Positions 60,990 to 64,000 of a stretch of DNA of 64,000 bases are shown here, one piece after another. Position 1 is the first letter of the stretch. Each line of letters opens with the position of its first letter. The translations under genes were made by a program, and so were the position numbers. The notes below the pieces were generated by a model. The model was not told the origin of the DNA. It did not search any database and saw nothing but the letters and a program-made list of their open reading frames with translations. Origin of the DNA: Pocillopora damicornis (Eukaryota); assembly GCF_003704095.1 (NCBI RefSeq), contig NW_020843470.1:1-64000 (forward strand), read 5' to 3'.

Positions 60990-61187
60990 ATGGGTTCTGT
61001 CGTTTCACAGCTAAATCAGCATTCTAAGAAAAGACAAGCACTGAGGCAACTACGAAAAAATATGCGGCATGTTCAAAAGTTCAACGTAAAGAACTTGACA
61101 GGGAGAATTCCTCCTCGATGTCCGATGGTAGTAATGAAGGAGATGGGAAAGGAATTGCGAAGACTTTATCCAGATGGATCGAATTGA
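60990..61187 (+). CDS. candidate 65-aa basic microprotein with an N-myristoylation motif
   Basis: Good start context (agaATGG), MGSVVS motif, K/R-rich helix, ATAAATA about 100 bp upstream and ATTAAA at 61362. No homologue recognised. Confidence 0.45.
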   Translation: MGSVVSQLNQHSKKRQALRQLRKNMRHVQKFNVKNLTGRIPPRCPMVVMKEMGKELRRLYPDGSN

Positions 61188-64000
61188 TGAGGAGCTATAC
61201 TTTACGAACCCCATTTTGTGACTAAAGCAGCCTGAAGACGACTAGAAGTTCGTTTAGACCGCGGAAATGAACTGATAAACTTTATAAACCTGCCACACAA
61301 AGATGTAAAGTCGGATTGGTTAAACTGATGACGAAAAATGTACGTTTCTGATATCATGTTTATTAAAAGCACTAGTCACTTTGATGTTCAATTTGTCATC
61401 GTAGTGAATTGTTGCCTCCGTTATTTTGCTTTACACGGAATAAGAAGTCGACTTTAGAATTCAATTTAACACAATGACTACCAGTTTTTGTCGATCATAT
61501 CATCTTAGTTTGATAAGATAGAAAAACGCTGAAGAGGCAATAGTAAACCAAGAAGGAACAACGAGGGAAACGATGGAAAACACTGGAAAGAATTAAAAAC
61601 GACGAACGTATAAAATGTAGGTTAATTCTTAGACTAAAGTATAAAACCTGTTCCTACCTTTAAAATTATGAATTCATTTCTTTCCAGTTTTACCAAAGTG
61701 GCTAAGTGTCACGTATTTTGGAAATAGCCGAACTAGAGAGCAAAAATCGATTTTCCTCCCAATCCTTGTTAGCGTGGAAACTTGCGCGCTAATCGTTAAC
61801 CTCTTTCGATCCAGACCTCTCGCGTTCGCAAGCCAAGTACTAAGATACAAGTTGTTTTATGGTTACGACATGTACCCTCTGACGCGAACCTTATGTTTTC
61901 ATTGCTGGAATTTTTGTCTTTAATTGAACTGTTGAACAATTTTCATGACAGAAAGTTAACTGAGATTGCAGCGAACGATGTCAGTGTTTTTTTTCTCTTC
62001 TTCATTGTCAGATTGTGGCTCCACGTGGGAATGAAATTTATCCCGCAGGGTTTGAAACGACTTGATCCAAGTTAAAAACTGTCAAACTGCAACTGACCAA
62101 TGCTTGCAATGCATCGTTTGTGTTTATCAGTTTTAATTTTTTTTTTGTTATTAAAAAAATGTATGTTCTGTTTAGTATATATAATCAAAGAATTGTTTTG
62201 TTTTTATACTCATTGCTCCATAATTTGTCAAAAAACTGAAATAAGAAAAACTCTCGCGCTCCCCTGTCATCAAGTTAGATGGCAACGTAACTTAGTTACC
62301 CACCGTAGTGGGTAACCAAGTGACTTTTTACTCATGTCCTTATTTCCTACTCTGAGTTCTCATAGCTTCTTGTGATGTCCACCCTTTTGATAGACCTTTT
62401 TGATTAATAATTTTTAGAGAAATAATTTTTTCACGCTCGGTCCCATTTTCCTAGGTTGGCTGCAAATTGGTCACGAGAGGGCCTTCTCCATTCTTGTAAT
62501 TGCTATCACATTTCCAGTTTTTCACGTTTATAACGATGTTTTTGTAACTTACCTTCCAAATGGGAAACGTCACCCCATTCTACGCCAGTTATGACTCTCT
62601 CAGCTCGAAAGTAAACGAGAAGACCTGGGCACTAGTCAACTGTCACATAACACATGCGGTCAAAGCCTTCCCTTTGCGCATGCTTACTAACGCAATTTAA
62701 AGATCTTTAAACGCAACCTGTCAGAACAAAATTGTTATGAGCAGTTTCGGAATTGCTGTGTGGACTAGGCGTCGTAGAATTTGATATATACAGGAAAGCC
62801 CAACATTAAAAGAATCGAACTAGCAATATGTATCCGCCGTTTATTTTATTTGAGGACGAAAGAACTCGAGAAGGCCTTTATTTCCAGTAACCGGGGTTCT
62901 TTTAAGCGGACAGTGTACACTTCTTCTTTGGTATCACTGCTTCTAAAACATATCGGATAATGCAGGATTGTTTTGTTTTTGCTTATCTTCGCTCTGTGAT
63001 TGGTCCAGAAAACTCGTTAAGCCAATAATAAATGAAGACCGACATTTTTTTCGGTTTTCACACTGTGTGCTTCTCTCGTTGTTTTAAATTCATTTATTTT
63101 CAATTCGGATTAATTTTTACCACTGTTTCATTTCTTATTAGTCCGATATCCGTCGCTGTTTATCAAGTAATGTTCTCTTCCTAACACCCAATTATAGACA
63201 AAAACGAAAAAAACAGAAGAGCACGCATTTGAAGAGCAGTAGAATTGTTTGTCTCTCAGCCGGCAAATTACAACGATTTAAAACTTTTAGAATATTCTAT
63301 ACAGTACAGTATATATTCTATACAGTTTGGTTATCGACAATTTCTCCAATACTCTTGTTCGCTAAACTGGAATCAAATGGCACGCGGTGAGTCTGGCTTG
63401 AAAACTGATAGCTAATACAGCAAACATAGCTATGATGTTTATCCCGGCGATGAACATTGCGAAGTTTATGAAAGGAATCGCTTTTTATGCCTGTTGTCCG
63501 ATGAGACAACTCAGTGATAATTTATTTGACCCAATGTTTGTTCAGCGTGCCGGTTTTGTCAAATAAAAACGAACGCGAATTTGAATTCTTTATTTACAAG
63601 GCTTGTTACGCTCGGATCGTTTTGAGCCTAGATCTTTCAGGCTAATATTATTGTGCTAAATTGTCGTCGAACTTTTTAAAACATCGTTGTGTTGCTACGC
63701 TAATAGGGCTAACACTAGTCTTACTTTTCTTTCGTGAATATTGGGGAGATGTAAGAATTTCTGTCCATTTGAGAAGCTTGCGACAAATTTCGAAACTACC
63801 TATGATATGATAATGCTGGAAGTTGTCTTTTTAAAATGTATGTTTCCAATATTTCGGCAAACATCCGATTTTCAATGGATGTTGGGAAAATATTGGAACT
63901 TTTAAATGGTATCAGAAAATTAGCACGATATTTTTTCTTGCATTTTCGTATCTGCGATCCATAAAAATTGATACAAGACAGCCGCAGACAGTTGAAGATA

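Overview
Eukaryotic, AT-rich, intron-containing draft scaffold with several N gaps. It is animal DNA; the gene content and short repeat families look cnidarian, probably a stony coral (inference). Gene order: (+) two tandem beta-gamma-crystallin-domain genes; (+) a decayed ankyrin-repeat/SOCS-box (ASB-like) pseudogene; (+) a 10-exon C2orf81/DUF4639 homologue; (+) an intronless TRIM-NHL gene; (+) 12-exon calcineurin A; (-) meckelin/TMEM67, with its 5' end in a gap; (+) RNA polymerase III largest subunit POLR3A (about 30 visible exons, head-to-head with TMEM67); (-) a 2-exon Atonal-superfamily bHLH gene; and (+) a candidate 65-aa myristoylated microprotein. Most of the unusual signals sit in POLR3A: two minor-spliceosome (U12) introns (one AT-AC, one GT-AG), a 26-nt microexon, Penelope-type minimal hammerhead ribozyme motifs flanked by target-site duplications, and a Helentron/HINE-like element carrying a tRNA-like Pol III promoter. 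There is no prokaryotic system, CRISPR array, rRNA or convincing intact tRNA. All exon models were read by eye and have not been checked against transcripts.
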